Position numbers and translations under genes: made by a program | Assembly (NCBI GenBank): GCA_964016885.1 | Contig: OZ024743.1 | Coordinates: 208,196,001-208,260,000 of the forward strand | Length of the DNA stretch: 64,000 bases | From: Eledone cirrhosa | Lineage: Eukaryota | Reading direction: 5' to 3' | Shown here: positions 15,201 to 29,800 of the stretch, in pieces | Position numbering within the stretch: the stretch's first letter is position 1 | How the letters are laid out: every line of letters begins with the position of its first letter | The notes under the pieces: model-generated | The model's input: only the letters and a program-made list of their open reading frames with translations | Told to the model about the DNA's origin: nothing | Database searches by the model: none

Positions 15201-18200
15201 TGTCTATATACAGTCAAGACAATGTCTATATACAGTCAAGACAATGTCCATATACAGTCAAGACAATGTCTATATACGGTCAAGACAATGTCTATATACA
15301 GTCAAGACAATGTCTATATACAGTCAAGAGAATGTCTACATACGGTCAAGGCAATGTCTATATACAGTCAAGACAATGTCTATATATAGTAAAGATAATG
15401 TCTATATACAGTCATGATAATGTCTATAAACGGTCAAGACAATGTCTATATACAGTCAAGACAATGTCTATATACAGTCAAGACATTGTCTATATACGGT
15501 CAAGGCAATGTCTATATACAGTCAAGACAATGTCTATATACAGTCAAGACAATGTCTATATAAGGTCAAGATAATGTCTATATAAGGTCAAGATAATGTC
15601 TATATACGGTCAAGACAATGTCTATATACAGTCAAGACAATGTCTATATACAGTCAAGAAAACGTCTATATACAGTCAAGAGAATGTCTATATATGGTCA
15701 AGACAATGTCTATATACAGTCAAGACAATGTCTATATACGGTCAAGACAATGTCTATATACGGTGAAGACAATGTCTATATACAGTCAAGACAATGTCTA
15801 TATATGGTGAAGGCAATGTCTATATACAGTCAAGACAATGTCTATATACAGTCAAGACAATGTCTATAGACAGTCAAGACAATGTCTATATAGTCAAGAC
15901 AATGTCAATATACAGTCAAGACAATGTCTATATACAGACAAGACAATGTCTATATACAGTCAAGACAATGTCTATATACAGTAAAGACAATGTCTATATA
16001 CAGTCAAGACAATGTCTATATACGGTCAAGGCAATGTCTATATACAGTCAAGACAATGTCTATATACAGTCAAGATAATGTCTATATAAGGTCAAGATAA
16101 TGTCTATATACGGTCAAGACAATGTCTATATACAGTCAAGACAATGTCTATACACAGTCAAGAAAATGTCTATATACAGTGAAGAGAATGTCTATATATG
16201 GTCAAGACAATGTCTATATACAGTCAAGACAATGTCTATATACAGTCAAGATAATGTCTATATAAGGTCAAGATAATGTCTATATACGGTCAAGACAATG
16301 TCTATATACAGTCAAGAAAATGTCTATATACAGTCAAGAAAATGTCTATATACAGTCAAGAGAATGTCTATATATGGTCAAGACAATGTCTATATACAGT
16401 CAAGACAATGTCTATATACGGTCAAGGCAATGTCTATATACAGTCAAGACAATGTCTATATACAGTCAAGACAATGTTTATATACAGTCAAGACAATGTC
16501 TATATATAGTCAAGACAATGTTTATATATGGTCAAGACAATGTCTATATACAGTCGAGACAATGTCTATATACAGTTAAGACAATGTCTATATACGGTCA
16601 AAACAATGTCTATATACGGTCAACACAATGTCTATATACGGTCAAGAAAATGTCTATATACAGTCAAGACAATGTCTATATATGGTCAAGACAATGTCTA
16701 TATACAGTCAAGACAATGTCTCTATATGGTCGAGACAATGTCTATATATGGTCAAGGCAATGTCTATATATGGTCAATATAAATGTCTATATACAGTCAA
16801 GACAATGTCTATATACAGTCAAGACAATATCTATATACAGTCAAGACAATGTCTATAGACAGTCAAGACACTGTCTATATACGGTCAAGACAATGTCTAT
16901 ATATGGTCAAGACAATGTCTCTATACAGACAACACAATGTCTATATACGGTCAAGGCAATGTCTATATACAGTCAAGACAATGTCTATATACAGTCAAGA
17001 CAATGTCTATATACGGTCAAGACAATGTCTATATATGGTCAAGACAATGTCTATATACAGTCAAGACCATGTCTATATACACTCAAGACAATATCTATAT
17101 ACAGTCAAGACAATGTCTATATACAGTCAAGACAATGTCTATATACAGTCAAGACAATGTCTATATACGGTCAAGGCAATGTCTATATACATTCAAGACA
17201 ATGTCTATATACAGTCAAGACAATGTTTATATATGGTCAAGACAATGTCTATATACAGTCAAGACAATGTCTATATACAGTCAAGACAATGTCTATATAC
17301 GGTCAAAACAATGTCTATATATGGTCAAGACAATGTCTATATACGGTCAAGGCAATGTCTATATACAGTCAAGACAATGTCTATATACGGTCAAGGCAAT
17401 GTCTATATACAGTCAAGACAATGTCTATATACAGTCAAGACAATGTCTATAGACAGTCAAGACAATGTCTATATAGTAAAGACAATGTCTATATACAGTC
17501 AAGACAATGTCTATATACAGACAAGACAATGTCTATATACAGTCAAGACAATGTCTATATACAGTCAAGACAATGTCTATATACAGTCAAGACAATGTCT
17601 ATATATGGTCAAGGCAATGTCTATATACAGTCAAGACAATGTCTATATACAGTCAAGACAATGTCTATATACAGACAAGACAATGTCTATATACAATCAA
17701 GACAATGTTTATATACAGTCAAGACAATGTCTATATACAGTCAAGACAATGTCTATATAAAGTCAAGACAATGTCCATATACAGTTAAGACAATGTCTAT
17801 ATACGGTCAAGACAATGTCTATATACAGTCAAGACAATGTCTATATACAGTCAAGAAAATGTCTATATACAGTCAAGAGAATGTCTATATATGGTCAAGA
17901 CAATTTCTATATACAGTCAAGACAATGTCTATATACGGTCAAGATAATGTCTATATACAGTCAAGATAATGTCTATATACAGTCAAGATAATGTCTATAA
18001 ACGGTCAAGACAATGTCTATATACGGTCAAGACAATGTCTATATACAGTCAAGACAATGTCTATATACAGTCAAGACATTGTCTATATACTGTCAAGACA
18101 ATGTCTATATACAGTTAAGATAATGTCTATATAAGGTCAAGATAATGTCTATATACGGTCAAGACAATGTCTATATACAGTCAAGACAATGTCTATATAC

Positions 18201-20862
18201 AGTCAAGAAAATGTCTATATACAGTCAAGGGAATGTCTATATATGGTCAAGACAATGTCTATATACAGTGAAGACAATGTCTATATACGGTCAAGACAAT
18301 GTCTATATACGGACAAGACAATGTCTATATACAGTCAAGACAATATCTATATACGGTCAAGGCAATGTCTATATACAGTCAAGACAATGTCTATATACAG
18401 TCAAGACAATGTTTATATACAGTCAAGACAATGTCTATATACAGTCAAGAAAATGTCTATATACACTCAAGACAATGTCTATATACACTCAAGACAATGT
18501 CTATATACGGTTAAAACAATGTCTATATACGGTCAAGACAATGTCTATATACGGTCAAGACAATGTCTATATACAGTCAAGACAATGTCTATATATGGTC
18601 AAAACAATGTCTATATACGCTCAAGACAATGTCTATATACAGTCAAGACAATGTCTATATATGGTCAAGACAATGTCTATATACAGTCAAGACAATGTCT
18701 CTATATGGTCGAGACAATGTCTATATACAGTCAAGACAATGTCTATATATGGTCAAGACAATGTCTATAAATGGTCAAGACAATGTCTATATACAGTCAA
18801 GACAATGTCTATATACAGTCAAGACAATATCTATATACAGTCAAGACAATGTCTATATACAGTCAAGACAATGTCTATATACAGTCAAGACAATGTCTAT
18901 ATACAGTCAAGACAATGTCTATATACGGTCAAGACAATGTCTTTATACAGTCAAGAAAATGTCTATATACAGTCAAGAGAATGTCTATATACGGTCAAGG
19001 CAATGTCTAGATACAGGCAAGACAATGTCTATATACAGTCAAGACAATGTCTATATACAGTCAAGACAACGTTTATATACAGTTAAGACAATGTCCATAT
19101 AAAGCCAAGACAATGTCTTTATACGGTCAAGACAATGTCTATATACAGTCAAGACAATGTCTATATACAGTCAAGAAAATGTCTATATACAGTCAAGAGA
19201 ATGTCTATATATGGTCAAGACAATTTCTATATACAGTCAAGACAATGTCTATATACGGTCAAGATAATGTCTATATACAGTCAAGATAATGTCTATAAAC
19301 GGTCAAGACAATGTCTATATACGGTCAAGACAATGTCTATATACAGTCAAGAAAATGTCTATATACAGTCAAGACATTGTCTACATACAGTCAAGACAAT
19401 GTCTATATACGGTCAAGACAATGTCTATATACAGTCAAGACAATATCTATATACAGTCAAGAGAATGTCTATATATGGTCAAGACAATGTCTATATACAG
19501 TCAAGACAATGTCTATATACGGTCAAGACAATGTCTATATACAGTCAAGACAATCTCTATATACGGTCAAGGCAATGTCTACATACAGTCAAGACAATGT
19601 CTATATACAGTCAAGACAATGTTTATATACAGTCAAGACAATGTCTATATACAGTTAAGAAAATGTCTATATACAGTCAAGACAATGTTTATATATGGTC
19701 AAGACAATGTCTATATACAGTCAAGACAATGTCTATATACAGTCAAGACAATGTCTATATACGGTCAAAACAATGTCTATATACGGTCAAGGCAATGTCT
19801 ATATACAGTCAAGACAATGTCTATATACAGTCAAGACAATGTTTATATACAGTCAAGACAATGTCTATATACAGTCAAGAAAATGTCTATATACAGTCAA
19901 GACAATGTTTATATATGGTCAAGACAATGTCTATATACAGTCAAGACAATGTCTATATACAGTCAAGACAATGTCTATATACGGTCAAAACAATGTCTAT
20001 ATATGGTCAAGACAATGTCTATATACGGTCAAGACAATGTCTATATACAGTCAAGAAAATGTCTATATACAGTCAAGACAATGTCTATATATGGTCAAGA
20101 CAATGTCTATATACAGTCAAGACAATGTCTCTATATGGTCGAGACAATGTCTATATATGGTCAAGACAATGTCTATATACAGTCAAGACAATGTCTATAA
20201 ATAGTCAAGACAATATCAATATACAGTCAAGACAATGTCTATAGACAGTCAAGACAATGTCTATATACGGTCAAGACAATGTCTATATATGGTCAAGGCA
20301 ATGTCTATATACAGTCAACACAATGTCTATATACGGTCAAGGCAATGTCTATATACAGTCAAGACAATGTCTATATACAGTCAAGACAATGTCTATATAC
20401 GGTCAAGACAATGTCTATATATGGTCAAGACAATGTCTATATACAGTCAAGACAATGTCTATATACAGTCAAGACAATGTCTATATACTGTCAAGACAAT
20501 GTCTATATACAGTCAAGACAATATCTATATACAGTCAAGACAATGTCTATATACGGTCAAGACAACGTCTATATATGGTCAAGACAATGTCTATATACAG
20601 TCAAGACAATGTTTATATACAGTCAAGACAATGTCTATATACAGTCAAGACAACGTTTATATACAGTCAAGACAATGTCCATATACAGTCAAGACAATGT
20701 CTATATACGGTCTAGACAATGTCTATATACAGTCAAGACAATGTCTATATACGGTCAAGATAATGTCTATATACAGTCAAGATAATGTCTATATACAGTC
20801 AAGATAATGTCTATAAACGGTCAAGACAATGTCTATATACGGTCAAGACAATGTCTATATAC
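9215..20862 (+). repeat. Near-identical head-to-tail ~5.8-kb tandem duplication (~9215-15030 and ~15020-20862)
   Basis: Identical ORF translations at offset 5805 (9813/15618, 10471/16276), then 5827 (11680/17507, 12318/18145, 14452/20279). The shift equals one extra monomer near 17.1 kb in the second copy. Boundaries are approximate. Confidence 0.93.
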
Positions 20863-23800
20863 ACTCAAGAAAATGTCTATCTACAGTCAAGACATTGTCT
20901 ACATACGGTCAAGGCAATGTCTATATACAGTCAAGACAATGTCTATAATCAGTCAAGATAATGTCTATATACAGTCAAGATAATGTCTATAAATGGTACA
21001 GACAATGTCTATATACAGTCAAGCCAATGTCTATATACGGTCAAGACATTGTCTATATATGGTCAAGGCAATGTCTATATACAGTCAAGACAATGTCTAT
21101 ATACAGTCAAGAGAATGTCTATATATGGTCAAGACAATGTCTATATACAGTCAAGACAATGTCTATATACGGTCAAGACAATGTCTATATACAGTCAAGA
21201 CAATCTCTATATACGGTCAAGGCAATGTCTACATACAGTCAAGACAATGTCTATATACAGTCAAGACAATGTTTATATACAGTCAAGACAATGTCTATAT
21301 ACAGTCAAGAAAATGTCTATATACAGTCAAGACAATGTTTATATATGGTCAAGACAATGTCTATATACAGTCAAGACAATGTCTATATACAGTCAAGACA
21401 ATGTCTATATACGGTCAAAACAATGTCTATATACGGTCAAGGCAATGTCTATATACAGTCAAGACAATGTCTATATACAGTCAAGACAATGTTTATATAC
21501 AGTCAAGACAATGTCTATATACAGTCAAGAAAATGTCTATATACAGTGAAGACAATGTTTATATATGGTCAAGACAATGTCTATATACAGTCAAGACAAT
21601 GTCTATATACAGTCAAGACAATGTCTATATACGGTCAAAACAATGTCTATATACGGTCAAGACAATGTCTATATACGGTCAAGACAATGTCTATATACAG
21701 TCAAGAAAATGTCTATATACAGTCAAGACAATGTCTATATATGGTCAAGACAATGTCTATATACAGTCAAGACAATGTCTCTATATGGTCGAGACAATGT
21801 CTATATATGCTCAAGACAATGTCTATATACAGTCAAGACAATGTCTATATATGGTCAAGACAATGTCTATATATGGTCAAGACAATGTCTATATACAGTC
21901 AAGACAATGTCTATAAATAGTCAAGACAATATCAATATACAGTCAAGACAATGTCTATAGACAGTCAAGACAATGTCTATATACGGTCAAGACAATGTCT
22001 ATATATGGTCAAGGCAATGTCTATATACAGTCAACACAATGTCTATATACGGTCAAGGCAATGTCTATATACAGTCAAGACAATGTCCATATACAGTCAA
22101 GACAATGTCTATATACGGTCAAGACAATGTCTATATATGGTCAAGACAATGTCTATATACAGTCAAGACAATGTCTATATACAGTCAAGACAATGTCTAT
22201 ATACTGTCAAGACAATGTCTATATACAGTCAAGACAATATCTATATACAGTCAAGACAATGTCTATATACGGTCAAGACAACGTCTATATATGGTCAAGA
22301 CAATGTCTATATACAGTCAAGACAATGTTTATATACAGTCAAGACAATGTCTATATACAGTCAAGACAATGTTTATATACAGTCAAGACAATGTCCATAT
22401 ACAGTCAAGACAATGTCTATATACGGTCAAGACAATGTCTATATACAGTCAAGACAATGTCTATATACAGTCAAGAGAATGTCTATATATGGTCAAGACA
22501 ATTTCTATATACAGTCAAGACAATGTCTATATACGGTCAAGATAATGTCTATATACAGTCAAGATAATGTCTATATACAGTCAAGATAATGTCTATAAAC
22601 GTTCAAGACAATGTCTATATACGGTCAAGACAATGTCTATATACACTCAAGAAAATGTCTATCTACAGTCAAGACATTGTCTACATACGGTCAAGGCAAT
22701 GTCTATATACAGTCAAGACAATGTCTATAATCAGTCAAGATAATGTCTATATACAGTCAAGATAATGTCTATAAATGGTACAGACAATGTCTATATACAG
22801 TCAAGACAATGTCTATATACGGTCAAGACATTGTCTATATACGGTCAAGGCAATGTCTATATACAGTCAAGGGAATGTCTATATATGGTCAAGACAATGT
22901 CTATATACAGTCAAGACAATGTCTATATACGGTCAAGACAATGTCTATATACGGTGAAGACAATGTCTATATACAGTCAATACAATGTCTATATACTGTC
23001 AAGACAATGTCTATATACAGACAAGACAATGTCTATATACAGTCAAGACAATGTCTATATACAGTCAAGACAATGTTTATATATGGTCAAGACAATGTCT
23101 ATATATAGTCAAGACAATGTCTATATACAGTCAAGACAATGTCTATATACGGTCAAACTATGTCTATATACGGTCAAGACAATGTCTATATACGGTTAAG
23201 ACAATGTCTATATACACTCAAGACAATGTCTATATACGGTCAAGGCAATGTCTATATACAGTCAAGACAATGTCTATATACAGTCAAGACAATGTCTATA
23301 GACTGTCAAGACAATATCTATATAGTCAAGACAATGTCTATATACAGACAAGACAATGTCTATATACAGTCAAGACAATGTCTATATACAGTCAAGACAA
23401 TGTCTATATACAGTCAAGACAATGTCTATATACGGTCAAGGCAATGTCTATATACAGTCAAGACAATGTCTATATACAGTCAAGACAATGTCTATATACA
23501 GACGAGACAATGTCTATATACAATCAAGACAATGTTTATATACAGTCAAGACAATGTCTATATACAGTCAAGACAATGTCTATATACAGTCAAGACAATG
23601 TCTATATACAGTCAAGAGAATGTCTATATATGGTCAAGACAATTTCTATATACAGTCAAGACAATGTCTATATACGGTCAAACCAAGGTCTATATACAAT
23701 CAAGACGATGTCTATATACGGTAAAGACAATGTCTCTATACGGTCAAGACAAGGTCTATATACAGTCAAGACAATGTCTATATGCAGTCAAGACAATGTC

Positions 23801-26800
23801 TTTATACAGTCAAGACAATGTCTATATATGGTCAAGACAATGTCTATATATGGTCAAGACAATGTCTATATACAATCAAGACGATGTCTATATACGGTAA
23901 AGACAATGTCTCTATACGGTCAAGACAATGTCTTTATACAGTCAAGACAATGTCTATATACGGTCAAGACAATGTCTATATACAGTCAAGACAATGTCTA
24001 TATACAGTCAAGACAGTGTCTATATACAGTCAAGACAATGTCTATATACGGTTAAGACAATGTCTATATACAGTCAAGACAATATCTATATACGGTCAAG
24101 ACAATGTCTATATACAGTCAAGACAATGTCTATATACAGGCAAGACAATATCTATATACGGTAAAGACAATGTCTCTATACGGTCAAGACAATGTCTATA
24201 TACAGTCAAGACAATGTCTATATACAGTCAAGACAATGTATTATACAGTCAAGACAATGTCTTTATGGTCAAGACAATGTCTATATATGGTCAAGACAAT
24301 GTCTATGCACAATCAAGACGATGTCTATGTACGGTAAAGACAATGTCTCTATACGGGCAAGACAATGTCTTTATACAGTCAACACAATGTCTATATACAG
24401 TCAAGACAATGTCTATATACGGTCAAGACAATGTCTAGATACAGTCAAGACAATGTCTATATACAGTCAAGACAATGTCTATATACAGTCAAGACAATGT
24501 CTATATACAGTCAAGAAAATGTCTATATACGGTCAAGACAATGTCTATATACAGTCAACACAATGTCTATATACAGTCAAGACAATGTCTATATACAGTC
24601 AAGACAATGTCTATATACAGTGTAAGACAATGTCTATATACAGTCAAGACAATGTCTATATACGGTCAAGACAATGTCTTTATACAGTCAAGACAATGTC
24701 TATATATGGTCAAGACAATGTCTATATACAGTCAAGATAATGTCTATATACAGTCAAGACAATGTCTATATACGGGCAAGACAATGTCTATATACGGTAA
24801 AGACAATGTCTCTATACGGTCAAGTCAAGATCTCTATACAGTCAAGACAATGTCTATATACAGTCAAGACAATGTCTATATACAGGCAAGACAATGTCTC
24901 TATACAGTCAAGACAATGTTTATATACAGTCAAGACAATGTCTATATACAGTCAAGACAATGTCTATATACAGTCAAGACAATGTCTATATACAGTCAAG
25001 ACAATGTCTATATGCAGTCAAGACAATGTCTTTATACAGTCAAGACAATGTCTATATATGGTCAAGACAATGTCTATATATGGTCAAGACAATGTCTATA
25101 TACAATCAAGACGATGTCTATATACGGTAAAGACAATGTCTCTATACCGTCAAGACAATGTCTATATATGGTCAAGACAATGTTTATGCACAATCAAGAC
25201 GATGTCTATGTACGGTAAAGACAATGTCTCTATACGGGCAAGACAATGTCTTTATACAGTCAAGACAATGTCTATATACGGTCAAGACAATGTCTATATA
25301 TGGTCAAGACAATGTCTATATACATTCAAGACAATGTCTATATACAGTCAAGACAATGTCTATATACGGTTAAGACAATGTCTATATACAGTCAAGACAA
25401 TATCTACATACGGTCAAGACAATGTCTATATACAGTCAAGACAATGTCTATATACGGTCAAGAAAATGTCTATATACAGTCAAGACAATATCTATATACG
25501 GTCAAGACAATGTCTTTATACAGTCAAGACAATGTCTATATATGGTCAAGACAATGTCTATATACAGTCAAGATAATGTCTATATATAGTCAAGACAATG
25601 TATATATACGGTCAAGACAATGTATCTATACAGTCAAGGCAATGTCTATATACGATCAAGTCAAGCTCTCTATACAGTCAAGACAATGTCTATATACAGT
25701 CAAGACAATGTCTTTATACAGTCAAGACAATGTCTATATACGGTCAAGACAATGTCTATATATGGTCAAGACAATGTCTATATACAATCAAGACGATGTC
25801 TATATACGGTAAAGACAATGTCTCTATACGGTCAAGACAATGTCTTTATACAGTCAAGACAATGTCTATATACGGTCAAGAAAATGTCTATATACGGTGA
25901 AGACAATGTCTATATACAGTCAAGACAATGTCTATATACAGTCAAGACAATGTCTATATACAGTCAAGACAATGTCTATATACAGTCAAGACAATGTCTA
26001 TATACGGTCAAACCAAGGTCTATATACAGTCAAGACAATGTCTATATACAATCAAGACGATGTCTATATATGGTAAAGACAATGTCTCTCTACAGTCAAG
26101 ACAAGGTCTATATACAGTCAAGACAATGTCTATATACAGTCAGGACAATGTCTTTATACAGTCAAGACAATGTCTTTATACAGTCAAGACAATGTCTCTA
26201 TACGGTCAAGTCAAGATCTCTATACAGTCAAGACAATGTCTATATACAGTCAAGACAACGTCTCTATACAGTCAAGACAATGTCTCTATACAGTCAAGAC
26301 AATGTTTATATACAGTCAAGACAATGTCTATATACAGTCAAGACAATGTCTATATACAGTCAAGACAATGTCTATATGCAGTCAAGACAATGTCTTTATA
26401 CAGTCAAGACAATGTCTATATATGGTCAAGACAATGTCTATATATGGTCATGACAATGTCTATATACAATCAAGACGATGTCTATATATGGTAAAGACAA
26501 TGTCTCTATACGGTCAAGACAATGTCTTTATACAGTCAAGACAATGTCTATATACGGTCAAGACAATGTCTATATACAGTCAAGACAATGTCTATATACG
26601 GTAAAGACAATGTCTATATACAGTCAAGACAATGTCTATATACGGTCAAGACAATGTCTATATACAGTCAAGACAATATCTATATACGGTCAAGACAATG
26701 TCTATATACAGTCAAGACAATGTCTATATACAGGCAAGACAATATCTATATACGGTAAAGACAATGTCTCTATACGGTCAAGACAATGTCTATATACAGT

Positions 26801-29800
26801 CAAGACAATGTCTATATACAGTCAAGACAATGTATTATACAGTCAAGACAATGTCTTTATGGTCAAGACAATGTCTATATATGGTCAAGACAATGTCTAT
26901 GCACAATCAAGACGATGTCTATGTACGGTAAAGACAATGTCTCTATACGGGCAAGACAATGTCTTTATACAGTCAAGACAATGTCTATATACGGTCAAGA
27001 CAATGTCTATATATGGTCAAGACAATGTCTATATACATTCAAGACAATGTCTATATACAGTCAAGACAATGTCTATATACGGTTAAGACAATGTCTATAT
27101 ACACTCAAGACAATGTCTATATACGGTCAAGAAAATGTCTATATACAGTCAAGACAATATCTATATACGGTCAAGACAATGTCTATATACAGTCAAGACA
27201 ATGTCTATATACAGGCAAGACAATGTCTATATACGGTAAAGACAATGTCTATATACGTTCAAGACAATGTATATATACGGTCAAGACAATGTCTATATAG
27301 TCAAGGCAATGTCTATACACGATCAAGTCAAGGTCTCTATACAGTCAAGACAATGTCTATATACAGTCAAGACAATGTCTATATACGGTCAAGACAATGT
27401 CTTTATACAGTCAAGACAATGCCTATATATGGTCAAGTCAAGCTCTCTATACAGTCAAGACAATGTCTCTATACAGTCAAGACAATGTCTATATACGGTC
27501 AAGACAATGTCTATATACAGTCAAGACAATGTCCATATACAGTCAAGACAATGTCTATATACAGTCAAGACAACGTCTATATACAGTCAAGACAATGTCT
27601 ATATACGGTCAAGACAATGTCTATATACAGTCAACACAATGTCTATATACAGTCAAGACAATGTGTATATACAGTCAAGACAATGTCTATATACAGTCAA
27701 GACAATGTCTTTATACAGTCAAGACAATGTCTATATATGGTCAAGACAATGTCTATATATGGTCAAGACAATGTCTATATAAGGTCAAGACAATGTCTAT
27801 ATACGGTCAAGACAATGTCTATATATGGTCAAGACAATGTCTATATACAATCAAGACGATGTCTATATATGGTCAAGACAATGTCTATATACAGTCAAGA
27901 CAATGTCTATATACAGTCAAGATAATGTCTATATACAGTCAAGACAATGTCTATATACAGTCTAGACAATGTCTATATACGGTCAAGACAATGTGTATAT
28001 ACGGTCAAGACAATGTCTATATATAGTCAAGACAATGTATATATACGGTCAAGACAATGTCTCTATACAGTCAAGGCAATGTCTATATACGATCAAGTCA
28101 AGGTCTCTATACAGTCAAGACAATGTCTATATACAGTCAAGACAATGTCTTTATACAGTCAAGACAATGTCTATATACGGTCAAGACAATGTCTATATAT
28201 GGTCAAGACAATGTCTATATACAATCAAGACGATGTCTATATACGGTAAAGACAATGTCTCTATACGGTCAAGACAATGTCTTTATACAGTCAAGACAAT
28301 GTCTATATACGGTCAAGAAAATGTCTATATACGGTGAAGACAATGTCTATATACAGTCAAGACAATGTCTATATGCAGTCAAGACAAAGTCTATATACAG
28401 TCAAGACAATGTCTATATACAGTCAAGACAATGTCTATATACGGTCAAACCAAGGTCTATATACAGTCAAGACAATGTCTATATACAATCAAGACGATGT
28501 CTATATACGGTAAAGACAATGTCTCTATATGGTCAAGACAAGGTCTATATACAGTCAAGACAATGTCTATATACAGTCAGGACAATGTCTATATACAGTC
28601 AAGACAATGTCTATATACAGTCAAGACAGTGTCTATATACAGTCAAGACAATGTCTATATACGGTTAAGACAATGTCTATATACAGTCAAGACAATATCT
28701 ATATACGGTCAAGACAATGTCTATATACAGTCAAGACAATGTCTATATACAGTCAAGACAATGTCTATATACGGTCAAACCAAGGTCTATATACAGTCAA
28801 GACAATGTCTATATACAATCAAGACGATGTCTATATATGGTAAAGACAATGTCTCTATACGGTCAAGACAAGGTCTATATACAGTCAAGACAATGTCTAT
28901 ATACAGTCAGGACACTGTCTTTATACAGTCAAGACAATGTCTTTATACAGTCAAGACAATGTCTCTATACGGTCAAGTCAAGATCTCTATACAGTCAAGA
29001 CAATGTCTATATACAGTCAAGACAATGTCTCTATACAGTCAAGACAATGTCTCTATACAGTCAAGACAATGTCTATATACAGTCAAGACAATGTCTATAT
29101 GCAGTCAAGACAATGTCTTTATACAGTCAAGACAATGTCTATATACGGTCAAGACAATGTCTATATACAGTCAACACAATGTCTATATACAGTCAAGACA
29201 ATGTCTATATACAGTCAAGACAATGTCTATATACAGTGTAAGACAATGTCTATATACAGTCAAGACAATGTCTATATACGGTCAAGAAAATGTTTATGTA
29301 CAGTCAAGACAATATCTATATACGGTCAAGACAATGTCTTTATACAGTCAAGACAATGTCTCTATACGGTCAAGTCAAGATCTCTATACAGTCAAGACAA
29401 TGTCTATATACAGTCAAGACAATGTCTCTATACAGTCAAGACAATGTCTCTATACAGTCAAGACAATGTCTATATACAGTCAAGACAATGTCTATATGCA
29501 GTCAAGACAATGTCTTTATACAGTCAAGACAATGTCTATATACGGTCAAGACAATGTCTATATACAGTCAACACAATGTCTATATACAGTCAAGACAATG
29601 TCTATATACAGTCAAGACAATGTCTATATACAGTGTAAGACAATGTCTATATACAGTCAAGACAATGTCTATATACGGTCAAGAAAATGTCTATGTACAG
29701 TCAAGACAATATCTATATACGGTCAAGACAATGTCTTTATACAGTCAAGACAATGTCTATATATGGTCAAGACAATGTCTATATACAGTCAAGATAATGT

